Source of the DNA: Mobula hypostoma
Taxonomy: Eukaryota
Length of the DNA stretch: 64,000 nt
Assembly: GCF_963921235.1 (NCBI RefSeq)
Contig: NC_086108.1
Location: forward strand, 39,186,001-39,250,000
Direction: 5' to 3'
Shown here: one piece after another, positions 40,170-52,534 of the stretch
Layout: the number at the start of each line of letters is the position of its first letter
Position numbering within the stretch: position 1 is the stretch's first letter
Translations under genes and position numbers: made by a program
Notes under the pieces: model-generated
Database searches by the model: none
Seen by the model: only the letters and a program-made list of their open reading frames with translations
Told to the model about the DNA's origin: nothing

Positions 40170-40795
40170 AGAAGGCATGGCAGTGGTTATATTTCATTAG
40201 CTGTTTGAGGAGATCTGGTATGTCACCAGACTCTAGCAGATTCGTACAGATATACAGTACATGGAGAGCATTCTAACTGGTTGCATCATTGTCTGGTTTG
40301 GAGGGGCCACTGCACAGGGTCAGAAATGTCTGCAGAAAGTTGCAAACTCATGCAATTCCATCAAGGGCACTAGCCTCCCCAGCGTTGAGGACACCTTCAA
40401 AAGGTGATGCCTCAAAATGTATCCATCATTAAGGACCCTCATCACCCAGGACAAGCCCTCTTCTTATTGCTATCATCAGGGAGGTACAGGAGCCTAAATA
40501 CAAGCACTCAATGATTTACAAACAGCATCTTCTCCTGCACCATCACTTCAGTATGGGCAGTGAACCCATGTACACTACCTCACTGTTTTTCATTTGCTCT
40601 ATTTTCACTACTTACGTTGATTTAACATTTACAGTATATATAATATTTAATATGCATGTATTATATTTTATATATCATAATTATAATGCACAATACTTAA
40701 TAGTAATTTCTGTTTATTATTTATCACATTGTACTGCTGCCACAAAACAACAAATTCCACAGTTATGTTCCGGTGATATTAAACCTGATTCTGAT
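40170..40795 (+). mobile_element. Rex1-like LINE 3' fragment
   Basis: ggagagcattctaactggttgcatc and ccatcattaaggaccctcatcacccagga. Tail gatattaaacctgattctgat. Confidence 0.7.
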
Positions 40796-40799
40796 AGTC

Positions 40800-41205
40800 T
40801 GTTTCGAAATCGACCCACATTTGGACGATAGCTCTCCACACCTCTCCCATCCATGTACTTACCTAAAATTTTCTTAGATGTTGCAATTGAACCTACATCC
40901 ACCATTTCAGTTGACAGTTCATTTGCACCACCCTCTGAGTGGAAGAGTCCCCCACAAGTTCTCCTTAAGTATTTCACCTTTTACCATTATCCTATGACCT
41001 CCACTTCTCACTCAACCCCAGTGGGGGAAAAAAAACCTGCATGTATTTACCCTATTTATTCCCCTCATAATTTTGTCTATCACTATCAAATCTCCCTCCA
41101 TTCTCCTATGCTCCAAGGTACAAAGTCATAACCTATTCAAACTTTCCCTATAACTCAAGTCCTCAAGTCCCAGAAAAATCCTTGCAAATGTTCTTTGTAT
41201 TTTTT
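40800..41205 (-). mobile_element. CR1 LINE 3' fragment whose truncated 5' end abuts the inverted duplication arm
   Basis: ccatccatgtacttacc, aaatctccctccattctcctatgctccaagg and taactcaagtcctcaagtccc are reverse-complement CR1 motifs. Confidence 0.75.
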
Positions 41206-41573
41206 CAAAACTCCCTGCTCTTTTTTCCAATGTATTATCATCTGTTATACTCTTATTTTTGAAACCATACTATCTCTTGACTTACTGAAAGATGTGTGAC
41301 ATTTGATTGCAGAATTACAGACTACTTACTGACATTTATGCTTTATTTTAATTATTAATTGAGAGCTTGTAATGTTTTTTTCTGTTTGTATAATGATGCA
41401 CATTTTTTAAATGAATAATATCAAATATGATAATCCCATTTGGAATAGCGTCATTGGAATGTGATGTGTATCAAAATAATCTATAACTTTTCTTGTAGTA
41501 GTTGACTATTTTCCCCATCCGAAAACTTGGAGCTGCTGATATTTTTTCTTGCAATGGCAACATTGAGGACTTC
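41206..41573 (-). repeat. Right arm of ~375-bp inverted duplication
   Basis: caaaactccctgctcttttttccaatg...gcaatggcaacattgaggacttc. Confidence 0.95.
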
Positions 41574-43150
41574 CAATCTAGCTCACACTATCTTAAACTC
41601 AGCAGAAAGCATCTTTACATTTTGTTTTATTAGAAGCTATTTGTTAACCTTGCTGTGGTTGACAGCCCAACTACAAAATATAACTCTTTAGAAAAGTTGT
41701 CCATTGAGCTGAGTAACTTGCTATTGATTTTTTGAATTGTATGAAGCTTCTCTTTCCATTTTTGATCCTTTTGGTCCTTTCTACTTATTCTTAAATATTA
41801 CAAGACAATATTCCATGCTTGAAATTGTTCAACTCCACAACAGTTGGGAGACAGGAACCACAACTGCTATGCTTTCCTTTATATGATCAAAATTCTGACT
41901 TTATTTTAAAAAAGAAATCTATTGGAATGCTCAGGTTCAGGAAATGCAGCAATATTGTGAGAGTCAGTGATATGGGAGAAGCTATTAGGTGTGGAGGTGC
42001 TGGTATGAAGTTGGAAGAACTGCATTGGGAGGAAGTCATGGCCTAATCAGTGCATTCATTCCTGGATGTTACTTCCTCCATACCTCAGGCCATCCACAAC
42101 TCCATCCTTTGAGTCATGCACAGCCACTTATGATTTAAGTTTTACAAAACACACCCAGTCAACAGAAATCACGCATATTGTTGTTAGCATACCTCACTAT
42201 CTCTGAACTTTCAATTTCTTGACATTTTATGTTGTCCCCTCAGAAATTTCCCATTACTGTGGTATTGGGCCAGATCTTCCACTGAACTCAAGATGAACCT
42301 GTTGGCAGATAAACCTGTAACTAGACTATCCCCAAGGTTGGGCAGAAGTGCAGCCTTCTGAACTTATGAATGCTGGAGAAAGGAATGCTGTGCTGGAGCA
42401 ATGGCCTTCTCAGGCTGGGAAATATGTCCTCCGACTCTTACCTAGGTCAAACCCAGTGCCCATAAATTAGACCAGCAAAATGAATGGGAAAAAAATAACC
42501 TGGTGGGTGATAGGCAGGTCAAGCTAATTGTTAAATTTAAGCTCAGTGTAATATCCTTAAATGTGCAAATGGTGTTTTATTCTTTTAATTGTTAAATATT
42601 AATCATGTTCCAAGTGAAGGTGACAGATTTGACAGTAAGTGAAGTTGGGGACATAGATCCTAATGGAAGACTGTTGCCAGAACCATTCTGGAAGAGTTGC
42701 AGGGTAACAGAAGATCTACCTCAGCACCTACCGCCTACCACTCTACCTCACCCTAACCAGCTTGTTCTGAATATTAGCCGTTTCTGCTGCTGAGGCTACA
42801 GACCAATTTCTGCTCAGGCAACTCAACAAGTTGATAGGCCAATTAGTACATACTAACAGTCTAATTGTCCTCTACTTCTGTGATTGCATGCAAAAATATA
42901 AATCTAATGTAATAAAGCACAGATTTGAATCATAGAATGTGGAATCAGACCTTGAAACCCAGCAGGCCCTCGCCAAACATCAAGCATCTATATAGACATA
43001 AAGTCCCATTTTATTCCATTCACGTTCCCAACAGCTTCCCTAAATTCGAAGCGCAAGAAAGAATGCAGATGCTGGAAATCCAAAGAAACACACACACACA
43101 CAATTCTGGAGGAACTCAGCAGGTCAGGCAGCATCTAGAGAAATAAATAA

Positions 43151-43336
43151 AATTGGCTATATTTAAGAGGGAGTTAGATATGGCCCTTGTGGCTACGGGG
43201 GTCAGGGGGTATGGAGGGAAGGCTGGGGTGGGGTTCTGAGTTGGATGATCAGCCATGATCATAATAAATGGCGGTGCAGGCTCGAAGGGCCGAATGGCCT
43301 ACTCCTGCACCTATTTTCTATGTTTCTATGTTTCTA
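43151..43336 (+). mobile_element. Young CR1 3' fragment nested in the PLE
   Basis: ggctcgaagggccgaatggcctactcctgcacctattttctatgtttctatgtttcta. CpGs retained. Confidence 0.9.
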
Positions 43337-43339
43337 AAA

Positions 43340-43376
43340 CAGTCGACATTTCGGGTAAGACCCTTCTTCAGGACTG
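43340..43376 (-). ncRNA. Minimal type I hammerhead ribozyme motif
   Basis: Minus strand CAGUC-CUGAAGA-A-GGG(UCUUA)CCC-GAAAUGUC-GACUG. Confidence 0.7.
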
Positions 43377-44117
43377 AAAAGGAAGATGGGAGATACCAGA
43401 ATAAAAAGGTGGGGGGAGGTGAAGGAGGATAGCTAGAAGGTGATAGGTGAAGCCAGGTGGTAGGAGAGATAAAGGGCTGGAGAAGAAGGAATCTGAGAGG
43501 AGAAGAAAGTGGACCATAGGAAGGAGGAGAGAATCCAAGGGGACGTGATAGGCAGGTGAGAAGAGGGAAGCGGCCAGAGTGGGAAACGGAAAAAGAGGAT
43601 GGAGAGGGAATTTCTTTTTTACTGGAAGGAGAAATTGATATTCATGCATCAGATTGGTGACTACCCAGACAGAATATAAGGTGCTGCTCCTCTACCCTGA
43701 GGGTGGCCTCAAATGCCTTGGAATAGAAATTGGAATTAAAATGTTTGGCCACTGGGAAATTTCATTTTTGGCAGATGGAGCGGAGATGCTCGACAAAGCA
43801 GTTCCCCAATTTATAATGGGCCTCACCAATGTAGAGCAGACTGCATTGGGAGCACTGGACACAATAAATGACCACAGCAGATTAGCAGGTGAAGTGTTGC
43901 CTCATTTGAAAGGACTGTTTGGGCCCCCGAATGGAGGGAGGGAGGAGGTAAATGGGCAAGTGTGGCACTTTGACTGGTGCCCATGGCTACCCCTTGAGTC
44001 TGGAGAAAATGAGAGAAGCTGAAGGAAAAGTTGATGAGGGTGAGGACCAGTTCTGCCAGACGGAGGAGAGTGGTGGTAGAGGGGAACTGGTTGGTTACCA
44101 GTTCTGCCAGACAGAGC

Positions 44118-44310
44118 AATTTGCAATGGCCAGTTAACCTACTAATCTAAAAGTCTTTTCAAAGTGGAAGGAAACAAAGCAGCCAGAAGAAAACCTATGT
44201 GGTCACAGGGACAATATATTAACTCCATGCAGGCAGCTCCATAGTTCAACGTCAAATACAGTCTGCCAGAGCTCTGAGGCAACAGCTCTACTTGCTCTAC
44301 CATTGTACCA
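44118..44310 (-). mobile_element. V-SINE (HE1-like), decayed
   Basis: gtggaaggaaacaaagcagccagaagaaaacctatgtggtcacaggg is the reverse complement of the V-SINE core. Confidence 0.65.
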
Positions 44311-46067
44311 TCTATAGCTATTTGATCACCGGTAATCTTGTGCTATGCTAAATTCCTCCATCCATGGTATGCTCCATATAAAGTGAAAAATTTAACTCTG
44401 CCCCCCAAACTCAGTTAACAACTCACACTGCTATTTTTTTCACCACTTAAATTCATTGTCCACTTGTCATTAACATGGTATCTGTAAAATATAATCAACC
44501 TTCGAATCAACAGCTACCATCCCGAGCTGGGAATACTGCTATAGATGAGTTTGCCTTCCTTTCACCTTTCATCAAGATATGAATCTCTTCCAGCTAGCCA
44601 GAAAATGCAGCTGATCATAATGAAAGCTTTAGGATACCAGATAATAATGCAATGGTTTGGTTTATTTCCCAGTGCAAGGAGAAAAATGAAGAACTCATAC
44701 TAAGATGAGGAAAGTTATTCTTGTTTATCAGCAGTCTCTCCTGACCAAAAAATGTAAATTCAAACGGCTGTATTTCCTTGCAACAAATTTAATAAAGGTA
44801 CTTGTTTTGCATTATATGACAGAACTTTCTTTTTAATCTCCTCATGCTCCTTGACAAAAGCACCAAATGCATTCCTTTAACCCTGAACTTCTGCTAAAAA
44901 ATATTTGCTCCAAGTGTTCTTGAGGGAGGCTGCACCGTCACTTCTCACTAGAAAGTACAAAGTTGTTCAGGCACAGAGGACCATTTTAATAAGGTAATTT
45001 AAGTGTTTGTTACGTTTTGCTTTGAAGTAATTATTATTATTTTGGTTTTAATCCAAAAAAGGTGTTATTTATAACATCCATTTATGTTTATAACTTCCAC
45101 TTATAAAGCAGTTTTAGCAGGGCCTAGTATGTCACATCTCACTGTAGCACAATAATGGGACAAAGCCACAGAAAATAACTGCAGGAAATGACAGAAAATG
45201 TTTAAGCTGCATCACGGAGGAAATAAGGTAGCGACCAGATGAGACTTTGTGTGGGTTCATTCAGCAGACCATGACAGATGAATCCATTTACACCATTGAA
45301 GGAGCCTTAAAAAATACCAGGAGCTTACAAACAGCTGGAAAATTTCCCTTTGTCCTCTTTAACTTCGCCACTTGTTCTTCTTATTCATGGTTCATTTTCT
45401 GACATTTTGCTGAGTCATTATTGCTGGCTATTCTCTGCCCATTTTATCTGGTATTTGTTCTAAACTCATCATATGAAGCTTCCTTCAGTATTATTACCTT
45501 AAGTAGGGAAAGAAAGCAGCATTTAGGAAAACGTTCCTTCTGTGGCCAAAGCTTCCAGTAAGCTACCATCCAAGCTTCCATAACACTGAGTATATATGTC
45601 AAAAGATAAAATGATCAAGGGTTCTGTTTAAACCAAATGAGTGTGCATTATTAGGGCACAGACACAGATTTCAGTGAATGTTTGAGGCACTAAATTACAA
45701 ACTTCCATGAAAACCATTGCTTGGTGGTTCTGAATGATCCAGTCTCAACCATTTACGTCATTATTACATTGCACCTTTTGAGGGCTTGAGATATCAAGAT
45801 AATGGGAAACGATGTGCCGCCATAACAGCAGGTTTGTACACCTGATAGATATTAAGGAAATCTTTATAGTATTGAACAACCCTTGTGGAGATTGTTGCCA
45901 TCAGAAGAATTTATAGCACTCTCAATCATGTAGGGAGAACCTGAGTCAAGAGATTCCTAGAAGAGAAAACTCCAAACGCCACCGGGAAGGATGTAACAGA
46001 AGAGAGGGTGGAGATTGTACTAATGTACATCAGCATTCAGAAACAATAAATGAGCATTACATTACCC

Positions 46068-48302
46068 ATAAGACTATAAAACATAGGAGTAGAGTTAGGC
46101 CATTCAGCCCATCAAGTCCGTTCTACCATTCCGTCTTGGCTGATCCCAGATCCAATTCAACCCTGTACACCTGCCTTCTCCTCATACCCTTTGATGCCCT
46201 GACCGATCAGGAAACAATCAACTTCTCCCTTAAATATACCCATGAATTTAGCCTCCACCGCAGCCTGTGGCAGAGCATTCCACAGGTTCACTACTCTCTG
46301 GCTAAAAAAATTCCTTCTTACCTCTGTTCTAAAAGGTCACCCGTCAGTTTTGAGGCCGTGCCCTCTAATTCTGGATACCCACACCACAGGAAACATCCTC
46401 TCCACATCCACCCTATCTAGTCCTTTCAAAAGTCGGTATGTTTCAATGAGATTTCACCACCACCACCACCACCACCCCCACCTCCCCCCCGGCATTCTTC
46501 TAAATTCCAGTGAGTACAAAGTTGCCAAACGCGGCTCATAAGTTAACTCCTTCGTTCCCAGAATCATTCTCGTGAAACTCCTCTGGACCCTCTCCAATGA
46601 TAACACATCCTTTCTGAGATATGGGGCCCAAAACTGTTGACAATACTCCAAGTGCAGCCTGATTAGTGTCTTATAAAGCCTCAGCATTATCTCCTTGCTT
46701 TTAAATTTTATTCCCCTTGAAATAAATGCCAACATTGCATTTGCCTTCTTTACCACACACTCAACCTGCAAATTAACCTTCTGAAAGTTTTACACGAGGA
46801 CTCCTAAATCCCACTGCACCTGATATTTGAATCTTCTCCCCATTTAAATAGTCCACACTATTGTTCCTATTACCAAAATGTATTATCATACATTTCCCAA
46901 CACTGTATTCCATCTGCCACTTTTTTGCTCATTCTTCCAATTTGTCTGTCCTACTGCAATTGCATTGCTTCCTCAGCGCTACCTACCCTTCACCTATCTT
47001 TATATCATTTGCAAACTTTCCCACAAAGCCATCAATTCCATTCTCCAAATCATTGACAAACAATGTGAAAAGTAGCAGTCCCAATACTGACCCCTGAGGA
47101 ACACCATTAGTCACTGGCAGCCACCCAGAGAAGGCTCCTTTTATTCCCACTCGCTGCCTCCTGCCTGTCAGCCATTTCTCTATCCACGCCAGTATCTTTT
47201 CTGTAACGCCATAGGATTTTTACCTTGTTAAGCAGCCTCATGTGTGGCAACTTATCAAATGTCTTCTGAAAATCCACGTAAATGATATCCGCTGCCTCTC
47301 CTTTGTCCACTCTGCTTGTTACTTCTGCGAAGAACTCTAACAGATTTGTCAGGCAAAATTTCCCTTTCCAGAAACCAAGCTGACGTTGACTTATTTTATC
47401 ATTAGTCTCCAAGTACCCCAAAACCTCATCTTTATTAATAGACTCCAACACTTTCCCAACCACTGAGGTTAGGCTAACTGGCCTATAGTTTCCCTCCTTT
47501 TGCCGTCCTCTCTTCTTAAAAAACAGAGTGACATTTGCAATCTTCCAGTCCTCTGGGACCATGCCAGAACCAAGTGATTCTTGAAAGATCATGACCAATG
47601 CATTCATTATCTCTTCAGCAACCTCTCTCAGGACTCTGGGATGTAGTCCATCTGGCCCAGGTAATTTATCCACCCTAAAACCTCTAAGTTTGCCCAGCAC
47701 ATTTTCCTTTGTAATAGCAAAGGCACTCACTCCTGCTCCCTGACACTAACAGACCTCTGGTAAACTGCTAGTGTCTTCCACAGTGAAGACTAATCAAAAT
47801 ACCCGTCAAGTTTATCTGCCATTTTTTGTCCCCCATTACTACATCACCATCATTCCAATATCAACTCTCACCTTTTTACTCTTATATAGCTGAAAAAATA
47901 CTACAGGTATCCTGCTTTATATTATTGGATAATTTGCCCTCATATTTCATTTTTTCCCTTCTTTCAGCTTTTTTAGTTGCCTTTTGTTGGATTTTAAAAG
48001 CTTCCCAATTTTCCAACTTCCTGCTCACTTTTGCTACCTTATATGCCCTTTCCTTGGTTTTTATGCAGACCTTAACTTCCCTTGTCAGCATGGTTGCCTA
48101 CTCCTGCCATTTGAGAACAACTTCTGTGGGACAGATCTATCCTGTGCCTTGTGAACTATTTCCATTTCTGCTCTGCCGTCATCCCTGCCAGTATCCTCCT
48201 CTGATCCATCTGGGCAAGCTCCTCTCTCATGCCTCTGTAATTCCCTTTATTCCATTGTGATACTGATATTTGTGACTTATGCTTCTCCCTCTCAAACTGC
48301 AG
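46068..48302 (-). mobile_element. 5'-truncated CR1 LINE
   Basis: ORF 47107-47730 (PGPDGLHPRVL, PEDWKIANV, GNYRPVSLTS, YVDFQKTFD) and ORF 46454-46771 (LEYCQQFWAP). Tail at 46068. Confidence 0.95.
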
Positions 48303-48624
48303 TCACGCAGACATGCTGGAGGGTGTGACACCAATTTTAGAAAATGGAAGGATCAATAGCAAGACAGAGATAAAATCAATCTGTCAGGAATCTGGTGACC
48401 ATTGCAATTTGGCAACATTGAAAACAGATGCAAAGAAATAAGTCAAATAAGCAAACAGCAATCATGGCCAGGTATTGCACAATGAATAAAACTTCAGCAA
48501 AAACAATGAGGATCCAACTTGAAGTGAAAAGAAGTCAGAGAAATACAATAGAAGTTACCCAAAATAAAGAACGAGACCACACAGGTATAGGACTGAATCA
48601 TCCTACAGGATATCTCCCCAAAGT

Positions 48625-48878
48625 AAAGTAGCTTTGCAATTAGCACAACACTACTACAGTGCCAGTGACCTAGGTTCAACTCCGCCACTGACTGCAAGGA
48701 GTTTTGTACCTTCTGCCCATGAGCATGTGGATTTAATCTGGGTGCTCCAGTTTCCTCCCACATTCCAAAGACATTCAACGTAAGACATTTGTGGGTTAAT
48801 TCATCAGATGGGTACAGTTAGGTGGCATGGGCTCATTGGGCCAGAAGGGGCAGTTACTGTGCTGTACTTCTAAAATAA
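48625..48878 (+). mobile_element. V-SINE (HE1-like) with tRNA-derived head and CR1-type tail
   Basis: B-box ggttcaactcc, V core gggtgctccagtttcctcccacattccaaagac, tail gggccagaaggggcagttactgtgctgta. Confidence 0.8.
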
Positions 48879-48881
48879 TAA

Positions 48882-49844
48882 CTATGGAGAACAAATTTTT
48901 TTCAGAGGGGTTGCTTCCTCGGACATTTTTTCATTATGATAGATCGCTTGAAGCTGAACACAAATATAATTTCAGACTACTTATATCACATAGGAATTTG
49001 GAGAAACAAGAAATTAACTTTGATTGAATATAATGCGTTTAATTGCATAATGGTGCTGATGCTTTGCAATTGTTCGACTAAGCTAAAAACATTTTGTTGA
49101 TGATTTTCATTTGTACTCAGTGTCTGCAGTTTCGCGCTTAAGTGTCCAGCAATAATCAGTCAGTGCTGATGGATTCCAATTGCCCTGATACCGTTTCTCC
49201 ATGACCGCAATGTCCCAGTAAACCCTTTCACCATGCTCGTCACTGTCAGTGCTAGGATTTGCATGCAAGAAGTCTAAATAGAAATGCAGACAAATGAATC
49301 TTTAGTGACATGTTGGACTTCATGGTTTTGTATGCCTGAAGCATGGTGTCAACCATCTGCACGTAGTTTGGTGCTCTGCAGTTGCCAAGAAAACTTTCAA
49401 TAACATCCTTGAATGTCTTCCATGCAATTTTCTCAGGTCCGACCAGAAGTTCTTTGAATTGCCTGTCATTGATGGCCTGTTTGATTTGTGGACCAACAAA
49501 ATTACCTTATTCCACCTCGGCATCTGTTATTCTGGAAAACCTCTGTCTCAAATATCGAAATCCTTCACGGAAATTTATAGCCCTTCTAATAACTTGCCCT
49601 GCTGTGCAGCTCTACCTTGCCTAAGCATGCCCAAACATGCCTGGTCAAGATAGATTTTTTTTCAGCTTACATTATTAGCAACCCTTTAATTAACTTGATT
49701 ATGAATTGAATTATCAAACATAGGAGATTTCAAAAAAAAGGTGCATGATAGGGAAAACTTCATGGTGATTTTCATGATCAACAGCCCAAATTCCATAAGA
49801 TACAACCAAAAGTATTTAGGAAGCAAAATCTCTGTTGTCCAGTG
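48882..49844 (-). mobile_element. Internally deleted Chapaev3 (CMC) DNA transposon
   Basis: TAA on both sides (48879-48881, 49845-49847). Termini ctatggagaac / gttgtccagtg (CAC start on minus). Transposase remnant inside. Confidence 0.8.
49083..49585 (-). pseudogene. Chapaev3 transposase C-terminal remnant
   Basis: Manual translation: FVGPQIKQAINDRQFKELLVGPEKIAWKTFKDVIESFLGNCRAPNYVQMVDTMLQAYKTMKSNMSLKIH/LHFYLDF...SDEHGERVYWDIAVMEKRYQGNWNPSALTDYCWTLKR. Not in the ORF track because of stops and a frameshift. Confidence 0.85.
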
Positions 49845-51087
49845 TAATTGGAGCTGCAATGTGTGCCTCCCACAGTCCAATTAAAGCCAGCTGAACAGTT
49901 GGCTGAGTTCAACAGGGCGAACCCACAGCACTCAGTTTCATCTGTGCTCAATGGTGCATAGGGAGGACCCATGGCTAACCCTTGTATGACACCACTTCCT
50001 TTGTCAGTGGCAGCCATTCCTTTAACCCTACAACATCTCAAATGGAAACCATGCTGTGTGACAGAAGTTACTCCACGGGTCAAATATCACAGTGCAAGTT
50101 TGCAATGGCCAACAGGAAAAAGTATTAACTGAAGGTATCTTGGAGACTAACACTTTGCTAAATATGAAATACAGAGATAACCAATCAGTAAATGAAGGAG
50201 GGAAACAAAAAGCAAACCCCCACCCACCCACCTAAGGCATGTATCTACCTCAAGGCTTCCCAAGGATACAGCAGTTCCTGTCTATTTCACACTTCAGAAA
50301 AAGTGACCAACTCATATTTCACCAGGGTCATTGGTCAATGTGAAACTAATTAACTATAAAGCCCCTTGAGCAAAATATTGTAATCTACTGGAGACCATTG
50401 GGGACTTAACAGGAAGCAATAAAAGTAAATGTAAAATCCCTGCCAGGTCAAGTTCATATGGTGGTGCAAACTGAATAACAAGCCCATTTTATCCAATTTT
50501 AAAATTCAGTCTCAGTTCATTTAACATCATCACTATTTGATCACAAGTTAACACTCAAAAATTGAGTGCATTTCCAAATAAAAAAAGAATTTGTCTAAAC
50601 TCTCATAGAAAAACTTACTCGTACTGATGTATTTACTGTAGGAGTTTCATGGTGATAAAATGAAGCTTAAAAACCAAACCAACTCAATTAGCAATACAGC
50701 CAAAGTGCAATTATCTAAGTAGAAAATCCATGTTTATTTATCTTCAACAATAAATTTTCCTCATAACCTCAAAAGGCAGACTTCAGAAGGTAAGGTGACT
50801 AACACAAACTTTACCATTGTAAATTCACAATGTAGCTTATGATCTTGCTTTTTCCAAGTGGCTGATAGGTCATCATAAGTGTCCAGCTGAATGGCACCAA
50901 CACTTCTTTGATACAAATATATTAAAGAGATACCCATACAACTCTAGAATGATCATTTCTCATGTTACTATTTTTGTACTAACATACATTGTGAGCATCA
51001 AAATACTAACGCATGACAGAATCATTCTAGAACTTCCATGTACACGTTGAAGAGTGTGGCTGATTAAATATGGGTGGGTGGGGAGGG

Positions 51088-51091
<4 letters not shown>

Positions 51092-51129
<38 letters not shown>

Positions 51130-51178
51130 CACAAAGAGAGAGACAGAGACAGAGAGAAAGACAGAGACAGAGACAGAG

Positions 51179-51208
<30 letters not shown>
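51092..51208. repeat. Compound (AG)n/(AGAGAC)n microsatellite
   Basis: Directly visible. Confidence 0.95.
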
Positions 51209-51211
<3 letters not shown>

Positions 51212-51924
51212 AATCTAAGGCTTCAGTTTAAATACCGACCCAGAGAAAGAAATGAAGGAACAAAGAAGAAAAAGTAAATCTATGATTGGATGGAAATATT
51301 AAAAGACAAAAGGAAAATGAACAGCATGGCAGTGGGGAATGAAAGAGAAGGATGGATACGTATGTTGAAAGTGACAAAAGCTGATTTAATCCCAGCACTG
51401 GTTAGGATCTGAAATGGTAATACTCAGGACCAAGTTCAAAAGACAGTAAATTGCCCAATCAAAAGATGTGGAGCTTTTATATGAAGCTTCCACTGAGCTT
51501 CAATAAAGCAGCATAGATAATCAAAAGCATGGTGTAGAATTAAAATAGGAAACCACTGATTCACAAGCATGCCTAAAGAGTGAATCAAAATGCTTCACAA
51601 AGCCTTCACCCTGTCTGCATTTCTCTTTCCAATGTCGAGGAAACTGCAACGAGCTACCAAAATAGTACAATGAATTTAAGAGAATGTAAGTAGATCATTA
51701 TTTCAACAGAAAGTAGTGTTGGGGCCCCAGTGGGTGGGAAGGGAGACAGCTCAAAAGGAAAGTGTTGCATCTGTTGCCAAAACAAAAATAATGAGTCATA
51801 TTTGCAAGAAACCTGGAGCACATAGGAATCAAATAATAAACATTACCTTCTGCTGCTCAAATATACAAATAGGCCAAAAGTTTCAAATAAACCCACCTTT
51901 CCAATATTTGAAATGACAGATTAA

Positions 51925-52255
51925 TTGAATTATACAGTGTGGAAACAGGCCCTCTGGCTCAGCTCACTTATGCCCGCCAAAGTGCATTTCCCTGCAATGA
52001 GCCCAAACATCTATCTTTCCTATCCATGTACCTAAATAAATGTCTTTTAAATGTTGTAACTCTACCCACCTCAACCATTTTCTCTGGTTGTTGGTTCCAA
52101 ATACCACCACTCTCCATGAAAATGCTACCCCTCAAGTCCCCTTCATTTTTTTTTCCTTTCATCTTAAACCTCTGTCCTCTAGGTTTAGATTTCCCTCCCA
52201 CAGTTAAACAATTGTGACCATTCACCTTTGCACCTCATGATTTTATATACCTCTG
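51925..52255 (-). mobile_element. CR1 LINE 3' fragment
   Basis: ORF 51968-52225 SKPRGQRFKMKG...GIWNQQPEKMVEVG..TTFKRHL..YM is the CR1 ORF2 C-terminus. Confidence 0.8.
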
Positions 52256-52534
52256 CGTGTAGGTATGATTCAGAGGCTATTTCTAAATCTACTCAAATCT
52301 TGGTTGCACCACTTTCTAATACTGTAGTGCAATGCATAGCCTATAGAAGAGCGGCCCCTTCAACAGTTCAACTGAATAAAGCAGAGGAAAACTGTACATC
52401 CACTGGTTGAAATTGCTGCCCAACTATCTTGTGCAACATACACTGCATGTTACAATTGGCCAGTAATCGTACTACATTATTTGTTAAATACAGCCACATG
52501 CCCATTATTATAGGAAATTCATAGACTGTCAGGC

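Larger units (their letters stand above)
43060..44115 (-). mobile_element. Internally deleted PLE (RT and GIY-YIG remnants, pLTR with hammerhead)
   Basis: TTTLLRLAELVLTLINFSFSFSHFLQTQGVAMGT (PLE RT). VIYCVQCSQCSLLYIGE (GIY-YIG) near 43820-43875. Hammerhead at 43340-43376. Confidence 0.85.

Noticed and set aside
46456..46490. Poly-His / poly-Trp coding run
   Set aside because: (CCA)n microsatellite expansion inside a CR1.
51074..51277. ORF rich in ER/ET repeats
   Set aside because: Translation of an (AG)n/(AGAGAC)n microsatellite.
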